DNA of 64,000 bases from Thermoleophilia bacterium. GTDB taxonomy: Bacteria; Actinomycetota; Thermoleophilia; Gaiellales; Gaiellaceae. This document shows positions 1-7,884 of this stretch, piece after piece. The position numbers and the translations under genes are program-made. Under the pieces are notes generated by a model. That model had not been told where the DNA came from, ran no database searches, and worked only from the letters and a program-made list of their open reading frames with translations. The stretch lies in contig JAICWC010000001.1 in NCBI GenBank assembly GCA_025934995.1, positions 759-64,758 of the forward strand, written 5' to 3'. Position 1 is the first letter of the stretch, and every line of letters starts with the position of its first letter.

Positions 1-1247
1 GCCTGGATCATCCCGTGGATGTCGTCGGGCGTGGTCTCCCAGCCGACGAGGATGACGGACTCCCCCGCTTTGCCGCGCTCCTCGGCGGTGTCGGCGTCCA
101 ACACGATCTTCCCGCAGGCGGCGCCCGGCGACGCATTCAGTCCACGCGCCGCGACCTCGAACTCGGCGGTCGGGTCGAGCATCGGATGCAGCAGCTGGTC
201 GAGTTGCGTCGGGTCGATGCGCGCGATCGCCTCTTCCCTCGTGATCAGCGACTCCGCTGCCATGTCGACGGCGCACTTGACCGCGGCCGCCGCCGTCCGC
301 TTCGCCGAGCGCGTCTGCAGCAGGTACAGCCGCCCCTCCTCGATCGTGAACTCGATGTCCTGCATGTCTCGGTAGTGCTGCTCGAGCCGGGCCATCGTGT
401 CGACGAGCCGGTCGAACGCCTCCGGGAGCCGCTCGCGCATCTCCTCGATCGGCTGCGGCGTGCGGATGCCGGCGACGACGTCCTCGCCCTGCGCGTTGAC
501 GAGGTATTCGCCGTAGAGCCCCTGCTCGCCCGTCGACGGGTCGCGTGTGAAGCACACGCCGGTCGCGCTCTGGTCGCCCTTGTTCCCGAACACCATCTGC
601 ACGACGTTGACGGCGGTGCCGATGTCGTCGGGGATGTCGTACGTCCGCCGATACACCTGCGCGCGAGGCGAGTTCCACGAGTCGAAGACGGCGACGATCG
701 CTCGCCGCAGCTGCTCGCGCGCGTCCTGCGGAAAGTCGCGGCCCGTCTCTGCGTTGTAAGCGGCCCGCGCCGTCTCCACCGTGTCGTCGACACGAAACCG
801 GTCGTGCGGCACGCCGTCCACCGTCTCGCCGTACATCTGGATCAGGCGGCGATAGCAGTCCTGCGCGAAGTCCTCCTTCCCGGTCGAGCGTGCCAGCCCC
901 TGCACGGCCACGTCGTTCAGCCCGACGTTGAGGATCGTGTCCATCATCCCGGGCATCGAGATCGCGGCGCCGCTCCGCACGGACACGAGCAGCGGGTCCT
1001 CCGGATCGCCGAATCGCTTCCCGGCCCGCTCCTCGAGTCGTGCGATGTGCTCGGCGACCTCGTCTTCGAGGCCATCCGGCAGGCCGCCCTCGCGCAGGTA
1101 CGCGCGGCAGGCGTCGGTCGTGATCGTGAACCCGGCCGGAACCGGGACTCCGAGCTGCGTCATCTCGGCCAGGCCGACGCCCTTGCCGCCGAGGAGCTCC
1201 TTCCCGCCGCCCGACGGCTCGTCGAAGTCGTATACGTATCCGGTCAT
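1..1247 (-). CDS. ppdK: pyruvate, phosphate dikinase, N-terminal part (gene runs off the left edge of the window)
   Basis: Not in the ORF track because there is no stop inside the window. Manual minus-strand translation from ATG at 1247 gives MTGYVYDFDEPSGGGKELLGGKGVGLAEMTQLGVPVPAGFTITTDACRAY...DPLLVSVRSGAAISMPGMMDTILNVGLN. This is the canonical PPDK nucleotide-binding N-terminus. Confidence 0.9.
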   Translation of the reverse strand, partial: MTGYVYDFDEPSGGGKELLGGKGVGLAEMTQLGVPVPAGFTITTDACRAYLREGGLPDGLEDEVAEHIARLEERAGKRFGDPEDPLLVSVRSGAAISMPGMMDTILNVGLNDVAVQGLARSTGKEDFAQDCYRRLIQMYGETVDGVPHDRFRVDDTVETARAAYNAETGRDFPQDAREQLRRAIVAVFDSWNSPRAQVYRRTYDIPDDIGTAVNVVQMVFGNKGDQSATGVCFTRDPSTGEQGLYGEYLVNAQGEDVVAGIRTPQPIEEMRERLPEAFDRLVDTMARLEQHYRDMQDIEFTIEEGRLYLLQTRSAKRTAAAAVKCAVDMAAESLITREEAIARIDPTQLDQLLHPMLDPTAEFEVAARGLNASPGAACGKIVLDADTAEERGKAGESVILVGWETTPDDIHGMIQ

Positions 1248-1899
1248 GGGCGCTGGTAGTCAAGCACGGCGGATCGTCGGCATGGGCGGATTCCCCGGCG
1301 AGCGCCTCTGGAATCACGTCCTCGAGCTTGCGGGCGGCAACCGCGTCCTCGTCGACCATGCCGCCTACCCGGAGTACGGCCCGGTGGTCGACGGGCTGCC
1401 GGGCGACTTCACGCACCTTTCGTTCTATCCGTACCCGCCGGAGAACCTGCGCGCGCTCGCGCTCTCGAGCGACGCGATCCTCGTCTGCGGCGGCAACACG
1501 GCGAACATGCTCGCCGTCTGGCGCGTCCACGGCTTCGACGCGATCCTCCGGGAGGCCTGGGAGGCAGGCGTCCTCCTCACGGGCTGGAGCGCCGGGATGA
1601 TCTGCTGGTTCGAGGCCGGGGTCACCGACTCGTTCGGGCCGCAGCTGGCAGGGATGCGCGACGGGCTCGGCTTCCTGCCCGGGAGCGCCTGTCCGCACTA
1701 CGACGGCGAAGAGCTGCGCCGGCCGGTCTACACCAAGCTTGCCCGCGAGGGGTTCCCGCCCGGGATCGCACTCGACGACGGCGTCGCGGCGCACTACGTC
1801 GGCACCGAGCTGCACGAGATCGTCACCGACCGGCCGGAGGCCGCCGGCTACCGCGTCGGCCCCGAGGGCGAGACGCGGCTCGAGACGAGCGTTATCTAG
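1246..1899 (+). CDS. peptidase S51 family protein (dipeptidase E / cyanophycinase-like)
   Basis: In-frame 3' part of ORF 928..1899. RRIVGMGGF, LVCGGNTANML, GWSAGMICW (Ser nucleophile context) and ACPHYDGE fit family S51. ATG 1246 keeps the first beta strand; ATG 1282 is the alternative start. Confidence 0.75.
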   Translation: MGAGSQARRIVGMGGFPGERLWNHVLELAGGNRVLVDHAAYPEYGPVVDGLPGDFTHLSFYPYPPENLRALALSSDAILVCGGNTANMLAVWRVHGFDAILREAWEAGVLLTGWSAGMICWFEAGVTDSFGPQLAGMRDGLGFLPGSACPHYDGEELRRPVYTKLAREGFPPGIALDDGVAAHYVGTELHEIVTDRPEAAGYRVGPEGETRLETSVI

Positions 1900-1953
1900 G
1901 TCTCGGATCCCTCCAAGGAGGGGCACGGGCGCGTTTCGCGGCGACCGATATTT

Positions 1954-1972
1954 GCGGCGTAGACAACGCCGC
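1954..1972 (+). terminator. possible hairpin downstream of the S51 peptidase gene
   Basis: GCGGCG-TAGACAA-CGCCGC: a 6-bp stem with a 7-nt loop and no U-tract. Confidence 0.25.
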
Positions 1973-2022
1973 AGCCTCTGAGCACGGGGTCGCCCCGAGG
2001 CACTGACAAGGAGTCGCCGCCC

Positions 2023-3954
2023 ATGTGCTCTGCCCGCCGCCACCTCGGGTTCTTCCTGCCTTTGCTCGTCCTCGCCGTGCTCGCGGGCGCAACCGGTTCC
2101 GCCGCACAGTCGAGGACCCACACGCAGGCTTTCGTGGGCATGCTCGTCGAGCAGCATGGCGACTCGTTCGCCACCGGCCGGGAGTCGCGGCCCTCCTTCG
2201 CCGTCGAGAGCGGCGGACGCGTTCTGCCGCTTCAGCTCGGCCGGCGGCGCGGTGAGGCCCTCGTCGGCAGGCGCGTGCGCGTCGTGCGCTCGCGCGGTCG
2301 GGCGCGCGTGATCCCCCTTCCGGGCCGGCGCCTCTCCGCAAGCGCGGGCGTCACGGGCGCGAAGCGCGTCGCCGTCCTCCTCGTCAACTTCTCGAACGAC
2401 ACGAGCCAGCCGTTCACGACGGCGTTCGCCGCGGGTGTCGCATTCATGAACAGCAATTCGGTCGCGGCGTACTACGCCGACAGCTCATGGGGCCAGCTCT
2501 CGCTGAGCGGCAACGTCTTCGGCTGGTACACGCTGCCCGACAGCGACACGAGCTGCAACACCGCAACCTGGGCGAACGACGCGAACAAGGCGGCTGCAGA
2601 CGCCGGCGTCAACCTCGGCGCCTACACGAACGTCGTCTACGCGTTTCCGCTCGCTTCGAGCTGTTCGTGGAACGGCTGGGCCGACCTGCCCGGCACGCGC
2701 TCGTGGCTGAACGGCCCGAGCGCAATGACGCTCCAGGAGATGTCGCACGAGCTCGGGCACAACTTCGGGCTGGACCATGCGAGCTCGTACGTGTGCACCG
2801 AAAACGGTGTGCGCGTCGCACTCTCCGCGAACCCGGCGAACTGCACGATTGGCGACTACGGCGACCCGTTCAGCGTCATGGGCGCCGGCAAGCACTACGG
2901 CCAGACGAACTTCGCGCGCGGCGTCCTCGGCTGGCTGTCTGCCGCGAACACGCGCACCGTCACCTCGTCCGGCGACTACGCGCTCGCACCGATCGAGACC
3001 TACGATCCGACCGCAGTCGACACATTGCGCGTCCAGCGGACCTCCGGGACGTACTTCACGCTCGAGTTCCGCCAGCCCGCGCCGATCTTCGACACGTTCT
3101 CGTTCACGGACTCCGCGGTCACCGGTGTCTCGGTCCGCGTCACGCCCGCGTCCGGCGATCCGCGGTCGCTGCTCGTCGACACCACGCCGGGCTCGATGAT
3201 GAGCTACTTCGACGCGCCCCTCGCGCTCGGCAAGACGCTCGTCGATCCCCTGAGCGGGATCTCGATCTCGGTCGTCGACATCTCTCCCCTCGGCGCGCTC
3301 GTGCGGCTCGCCCTGCCCGGAAGCCCGGTAACGGCGGACACGACACCGCCGACGCAGCCCGTCGGGCTCGTGACGACGAGCGTCGATTCGAGCGACGTCG
3401 GCCTCACCTGGACGGCGAGCACCGACGACGTCGGAGTCACGGGCTACCGCGTCTACCGCAACTCCGCACTCGTCGCGACCGTGGCCTCGCCCGGTTTCGT
3501 CGACAGCGGCCTTTCGGCGGGAACGACCTACGCCTACGACGTCGTCGCCTTCGACGCCGCCGGCAACTCGAGCGTCGCGGCGAGCGTCTCGGCGACGACG
3601 AGCGCGGCTGCTGCCCCGGCCACGACAACGACTGGCACGACGACGACGACCACCACGACGACCACGCCTTCCGCTCCGCCGGCGGACACGATTCCGCCGA
3701 GCACACCGGCAAACCTCGCCGGCACGGTCGGGAAGGCGAAGAAGGTCACTCTGTCGTGGAGCGCGAGCACCGACAACGTCGGCGTCGCCGGCTACACCGT
3801 CTACCGGAACGGCGCCGCCGTCGGCACCACCTCGTCCCCCGGCTTCACGGACTCGCCCGGCGGCAGGACGGTCAATGCGACGTACTACGTCGTGGCGTAC
3901 GACGCGGCCGGCAACGTCAGCCCGGCGTCGGGCTCGGTCGCCGTTCAGGGATGA
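2023..3954 (+). CDS. secreted metzincin-type zinc metalloprotease (M11 gametolysin-like catalytic domain) with two C-terminal fibronectin type III domains
   Basis: AAGGAG lies upstream of the ATG. Signal peptide: FFLPLLVLAVLAGATGSAAQ. HELGHNFGLDH matches the HExxHxxGxxH motif. There is a Thr-run linker and two copies of a ...LTWTASTDDVGVTGYRVYRN... FN3-like module. Confidence 0.85.
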   Translation: MCSARRHLGFFLPLLVLAVLAGATGSAAQSRTHTQAFVGMLVEQHGDSFATGRESRPSFAVESGGRVLPLQLGRRRGEALVGRRVRVVRSRGRARVIPLPGRRLSASAGVTGAKRVAVLLVNFSNDTSQPFTTAFAAGVAFMNSNSVAAYYADSSWGQLSLSGNVFGWYTLPDSDTSCNTATWANDANKAAADAGVNLGAYTNVVYAFPLASSCSWNGWADLPGTRSWLNGPSAMTLQEMSHELGHNFGLDHASSYVCTENGVRVALSANPANCTIGDYGDPFSVMGAGKHYGQTNFARGVLGWLSAANTRTVTSSGDYALAPIETYDPTAVDTLRVQRTSGTYFTLEFRQPAPIFDTFSFTDSAVTGVSVRVTPASGDPRSLLVDTTPGSMMSYFDAPLALGKTLVDPLSGISISVVDISPLGALVRLALPGSPVTADTTPPTQPVGLVTTSVDSSDVGLTWTASTDDVGVTGYRVYRNSALVATVASPGFVDSGLSAGTTYAYDVVAFDAAGNSSVAASVSATTSAAAAPATTTTGTTTTTTTTTTPSAPPADTIPPSTPANLAGTVGKAKKVTLSWSASTDNVGVAGYTVYRNGAAVGTTSSPGFTDSPGGRTVNATYYVVAYDAAGNVSPASGSVAVQG

Positions 3955-3960
3955 GCGACT

Positions 3961-3986
3961 GAGGGGCCCCGTCGCCGGGGCCCCTC
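3961..3986. terminator. bidirectional GC-rich hairpin between convergent genes
   Basis: GAGGGGCCCC-GTCGCC-GGGGCCCCTC: a perfect 10-bp stem with a 6-nt loop, lying between the stops at 3954 (+) and 4018 (-). Confidence 0.6.
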
Positions 3987-4017
3987 GATGCCGTTCATGC
4001 GTCAGAGACGCTCGTGC

Positions 4018-5739
4018 CTATGCCTCGCGGTTCAGGCAGCCGAGCAGCAGGTTCATCGCGCCGATCTGCGCCTGCGTGGTCGAGCCGCCGCTTGCGCTGT
4101 GGTCGATCAGGTTGACGGCCGCCGCAAACGCACCGTTCACGGTGCTCGAAGCCGTCAGGCCCGCGGTGAGATTCGCCGCGCACCCGAGTACGCCGATCGA
4201 CTGGCCCGTGAAGCCCGAAACCAGCTTGATGTTGTACCCGAGCGCCAATGTCTGCGCCGCGAGCGTGTTCAAGCTGCCCTCGTTGATACCCGTTGCCAGA
4301 GTGCAGTCCTTCGTGTTCGTTGCGGCGCCGACCGAGAAGATGCTCGGCGACCCCTTGCCGCACGCGTTCAGGGTGTTGGGCAGCACCTTCGCCGACTCCG
4401 ACTGCGTGTCGATGTTCGACCCGCGACCGATCGCGACTGCGTTGACCGCGTAGCCGCCGGCGCCGAGGATCCTGGCGATGCCGTTCTGGTTGCCCCAGAA
4501 GCCCATCGTCTTGCCGAGCTGGAACACCGTCAGCGGTTCACAGGCGCTGTCCGAGCCCGTGTAGTCGTTGTTCCCGCCATAGTGCGCCGAGAAGGCATAG
4601 CTGCCTGCGGCGAGCGGCCCTTCGGCGGTCGACGGGTCAGCGACGCCGTTGACGAGCGCAACAGTTCCCGCAGCTTCAGCGGTTCCGGTGGCGCAGTCGC
4701 CGCCGCGGTAGAAGGTGAACACGACGTTGCCGGTCGGCGTGAACGCCGCCGGCGTACCCGTCACCGTCGCCGAGTCGTGGACGACGCTGTTGGCCGAGGA
4801 GATCGGCCCGGTGACGACGACCGGCCCGCCGATCCCGTCGGTCGCGCCCAGGTGGATGGCCGTGCTCGTGCCCGTGGTGCCCTGACTGATCGTGAAGGGC
4901 TCGCAGTCGCCGATCGCGTCGGCCACCTTGCTGCTGTCGCCGCTGACGAAGACCGCGATATACGAATAGCTGCCCGCATGGAGTGGGCCTTCGACGAGCG
5001 CTGGATCCAGCCCGCCGGCCGGAGAGGACTGCCCGCCGACGTCGATGCCGGCTAGGTCGGCGACGTCGCCGCTGCACGCGTCGTTATGGAAGAAGCCGAA
5101 GAAGACGGTGCTGTCGGTCGGCAGCGTGCCGCCGCCCGTGAACGTGAGATCGGCCGAGTCGTGCACCGTGCTCCCCAGTGCAGCCGGGTGCAGTTCGTCG
5201 ACGACGGTCGGCGTGCCGCTGTCGGTCGCACCGAGATGGACCGTCGTGCTGATCGCCGACGTCTCGCCGCCGCCGCCGCCGCCGTTGCCGTCACAGACGT
5301 GCGACAGGTTGAGGATGCCGCCGACCGCGTCGGTGGACGCTGCCAGCAGGACATCGGAGGACGGCGTGATCACGTCCCAGTGCAGGACGCCGCCGACGTG
5401 CTTGGAGTACACGACATCCGGCGTCGTCACACCGGCATTCTGGAACTCAGCGCGCAGGCTGCCGGAGTTCACGGCAGACGTCTGCACGAGGACGAAGTGC
5501 CAGAGCACGTCCCCGTTCGTGGGCGTGAAGTCCGAGCAGTCCTGGGTGAACGTCGTCGAGTCGGAGCCCACCTGCGAGCTATGCAGGTCGGTGCCCGCGA
5601 TCGACGTATACGTCACTCCGGTGTCGAACCCGCCGACGGGCGTCGCAGCTCCGCTGCCCGCCACCATCAACGCGACGACCGCTGCCGCCGCGAGCGCTGT
5701 GAGGCCCGCGATTACGCGCAGGCCGAACCGTTTTCTCAT
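4018..5739 (-). CDS. secreted Ig-like domain repeat protein with a Cys-containing C-terminal domain of unknown function
   Basis: ORF 4018..5757. ATG at 5739 (MRKRFGLRVIAGLTALAAAAVVALMVAG) is preceded by GGAGGG. Two repeats follow the pattern HLGATD..VHDSA..T..G..P.G.V.F.F....C.G......EGPL.AGSY....Y.G......S.C EP.T, typical of bacterial Ig-like folds. A Gly-run linker is present. Confidence 0.8.
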   Translation of the reverse strand: MRKRFGLRVIAGLTALAAAAVVALMVAGSGAATPVGGFDTGVTYTSIAGTDLHSSQVGSDSTTFTQDCSDFTPTNGDVLWHFVLVQTSAVNSGSLRAEFQNAGVTTPDVVYSKHVGGVLHWDVITPSSDVLLAASTDAVGGILNLSHVCDGNGGGGGGETSAISTTVHLGATDSGTPTVVDELHPAALGSTVHDSADLTFTGGGTLPTDSTVFFGFFHNDACSGDVADLAGIDVGGQSSPAGGLDPALVEGPLHAGSYSYIAVFVSGDSSKVADAIGDCEPFTISQGTTGTSTAIHLGATDGIGGPVVVTGPISSANSVVHDSATVTGTPAAFTPTGNVVFTFYRGGDCATGTAEAAGTVALVNGVADPSTAEGPLAAGSYAFSAHYGGNNDYTGSDSACEPLTVFQLGKTMGFWGNQNGIARILGAGGYAVNAVAIGRGSNIDTQSESAKVLPNTLNACGKGSPSIFSVGAATNTKDCTLATGINEGSLNTLAAQTLALGYNIKLVSGFTGQSIGVLGCAANLTAGLTASSTVNGAFAAAVNLIDHSASGGSTTQAQIGAMNLLLGCLNREA

Positions 5740-5853
5740 GCTGTACTCGCCCTCCAAAATTCGCCGTTATGACCCACTCGTCCTCGCATTCCGCAGCTAC
5801 CGCACGACCGACGCCTTTATTTCCGTCCGCATTCGTAGTACGATCCTTCTCGA

Positions 5854-5876
5854 CGGTTTTCCACCGGTTTCTCCAC
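5854..5876. promoter_or_regulatory. tandem direct repeat in a divergent promoter region (candidate regulator-binding site)
   Basis: CGGTTTTCCAC followed immediately by CGGTTTCTCCAC. It lies inside the AT-richer 280-nt spacer between the Ig-like gene (-) and the response regulator gene (+). Confidence 0.3.
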
Positions 5877-6020
5877 CGACGCTATGCCTGCCCGTGCGGT
5901 CGGAACAGAGGGCGAATGCGGTAACTCGGGCCGCCGGTTCTTGCTGTACCTGCGTCCGGGTTTCGCAGTACCGATGGCTGGACCGGTGCTACTGCAGACG
6001 CGGTAGACCGAGCGTGGAGG

Positions 6021-6659
6021 ATGTCAGCCGAACGAGTCACGGTCCTGGTCGCCGACGACCACGCCCCGCTGCGGGCGCTCGTTCGGGACCTGCTCGAGCA
6101 GGCGGGCTATGCAGTCGCGGAGGCGGCGACGGGGACGGAGGCGGTCCAGTTCCTCGACAGCACGCGTCTGGCGGTCGTCCTCCTCGACGTGAACCTCCCC
6201 GGCCTCAACGGCTACGAGGTCTGCCGCCGCATCCGCGACCGGTTCAACCGGGATATCGGGATCATCTTCATCTCCGGCGAGCGCGTCGAGACGTACGACC
6301 GCAGCGCCGGCCTGCTCGTCGGCGGCGACGACTATCTCACCAAGCCCTTCGACCCGAGCGAGCTCGTCGCGCGCGTGCGCCGGCTCGCCCCGCTGACGGC
6401 GCGGTACAAGCTCGCCGCGGACGCAGCAGCCGACCAGCTCGCAATCCTCACCCCGCGAGAGCGCGAGGTCGTCCTGCTGCTGGCCGACGGGCTCGACCAG
6501 GACGAGATCGCCGACCGGCTGTTCATCAGCCCGAAGACCGTCGCGACCCACATCCAACACGTCCTGGGGAAGCTCGACGTCCGGAACCGGGCTCAGGCCG
6601 TGTCGCTCGTCCTCCACGATTCGGTGCGCGAAAGCGAACGGCTTCTCCGCGCCGAATGA
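6021..6659 (+). CDS. response regulator, receiver domain plus LuxR/NarL-type HTH output
   Basis: Receiver motifs: VLVADDH, VVLLDVNLPGLNG (phospho-Asp context) and DDYLTKPF. The C-terminal LTPREREVVLLLADGLDQDEIADRLFISPKTVATHIQHVLGKL is a GerE/LuxR HTH. No histidine kinase is adjacent. Confidence 0.9.
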   Translation: MSAERVTVLVADDHAPLRALVRDLLEQAGYAVAEAATGTEAVQFLDSTRLAVVLLDVNLPGLNGYEVCRRIRDRFNRDIGIIFISGERVETYDRSAGLLVGGDDYLTKPFDPSELVARVRRLAPLTARYKLAADAAADQLAILTPREREVVLLLADGLDQDEIADRLFISPKTVATHIQHVLGKLDVRNRAQAVSLVLHDSVRESERLLRAE

Positions 6660-6747
6660 GGAAGAAAGCCTTCCCGTCGGCCGTCTTGGCTGATACCAAT
6701 TGCCGGGCCTGGCGGCCCGGCCCCAATCGAGAGAGGGGTCAAGCTTG

Positions 6748-7704
6748 ATGCGCAGACTCATCGGTCTCGCAGCAATCGTCGGGACGGCAATTCTCGCTGT
6801 GGGCGCGGCGTCGGCCGCGCCGCCGAGCAGTGACACGTTCACGCCGCAGCCGGGCCACGGCATCGTGCCGACCTGGGCAGCGTCGATAGCGATGCCGTGG
6901 GCGAACGGGGCATACCGGGCCACCTACGGCTCGGGCTCGCTCCGCTATCACGGCGGGCCGACGATGACGACCAACACGACGTACGCCATCTACTGGCAGC
7001 CGTCGAACTGGTCGCAGCAGTTCCCGTCCGGCTACTCGACGCTCGTCGACCAGTACTTCGGCGACGTCGCGGCGGACAGCGGCAAGACGAGCAACGTCTA
7101 CTACACCGAGACGCAATACAGCGGCATCCAGTACAAGTCGACGTTCGCCGGCTCGGCGGTCGACACGGATCCCTTGCCCGCGAGCGGCTGTAGCGATTCT
7201 GCGTCCAGCGTGTGCGTCAGCGACGCGCAGCTCGCGACGGAGGTCTCGCACTTCACCTCGTCGCACGGGCTACCGCAAAACTCGACCACGGAGTACTTCG
7301 TGTACTTCGCCCCGGGCGTCGGCAGCTGCCTCGGCTCGGCCGGATGTGCGTTCGTGAACTACTGCGCGTACCACAACTCGTCCGGGTCGCTGATCTACGC
7401 GAACATGCCGTATGTCGAGAACGTCTCGGGTTGCGATGCGGGCCACCACCCGAACTCGCAGCTGGGCGACGCAACGATCAACGTCACCTCGCACGAGCAC
7501 AACGAGTCGATCACGGACGAGTTCGGCAATGCGTGGTACGACGTCCAGGGCTACGAGGACGGCGACAAGTGCGCCTGGTCGTGGGGCGCCTGGCTCGGCG
7601 GCTCGGGCTCGACCGTCTACAACCAGTCGATCAACGGCCACCACTACGCGCTCCAGCTCGAGTATTCGAACAGGGATCGCGGCTGCGTCGAGACCGGCCT
7701 CTAG
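6748..7704 (+). CDS. secreted protein resembling the PHI-1/EXORDIUM family
   Basis: GAGGGG is about 10 nt upstream of ATG 6748. Signal peptide: MRRLIGLAAIVGTAILAVGAASA. The motifs YHGGPTM...YAIYWQP, C..YCAYHNS, HPNSQLGDATINVTSHEHNESITDEFGNAWYD, EDGDKCAWSWG and VYNQSINGHHYALQLEY....C run in the same order as the conserved blocks of plant EXORDIUM proteins. That comparison is recalled from memory, not searched. Confidence 0.7.
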   Translation: MRRLIGLAAIVGTAILAVGAASAAPPSSDTFTPQPGHGIVPTWAASIAMPWANGAYRATYGSGSLRYHGGPTMTTNTTYAIYWQPSNWSQQFPSGYSTLVDQYFGDVAADSGKTSNVYYTETQYSGIQYKSTFAGSAVDTDPLPASGCSDSASSVCVSDAQLATEVSHFTSSHGLPQNSTTEYFVYFAPGVGSCLGSAGCAFVNYCAYHNSSGSLIYANMPYVENVSGCDAGHHPNSQLGDATINVTSHEHNESITDEFGNAWYDVQGYEDGDKCAWSWGAWLGGSGSTVYNQSINGHHYALQLEYSNRDRGCVETGL

Positions 7705-7711
7705 GACCGCT

Positions 7712-7867
7712 CTAACCGGGCGCGGTGCCGCGACGGCGCCGCGCCCGGAACTCCGCGAGCCACGCGACCGCGCGCAACCCCATCCAGATCGGCGTCAGCA
7801 GGACGTAGAACACGAAGTCCGCGACGACGATCAGCGACCACCACAGCACCCAGTAGCGCAGGGGCAC
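7712..7867 (-). CDS. 51-aa membrane peptide (below the ORF-track size cut-off)
   Basis: Manual translation: GTG at 7867, preceded by GAAGGGG, gives VPLRYWVLWWSLIVVADFVFYVLLTPIWMGLRAVAWLAEFRARRRRGTAPG. This has two hydrophobic segments, a basic tail and high GC3. It starts 18 nt after the PDRP stop. Confidence 0.4.
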   Translation of the reverse strand: MPLRYWVLWWSLIVVADFVFYVLLTPIWMGLRAVAWLAEFRARRRRGTAPG

Positions 7868-7884
7868 ATGCCCCTTCTCGTTCC

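Noticed and set aside
15-1259. 414-aa plus-strand ORF covering the left end of the window
   Set aside because: It is antisense to an unmistakable ppdK reading frame. Its product is Arg/Ala/Leu/Asp-rich low-complexity sequence with no recognisable motif. This is a typical shadow ORF of high-GC DNA.
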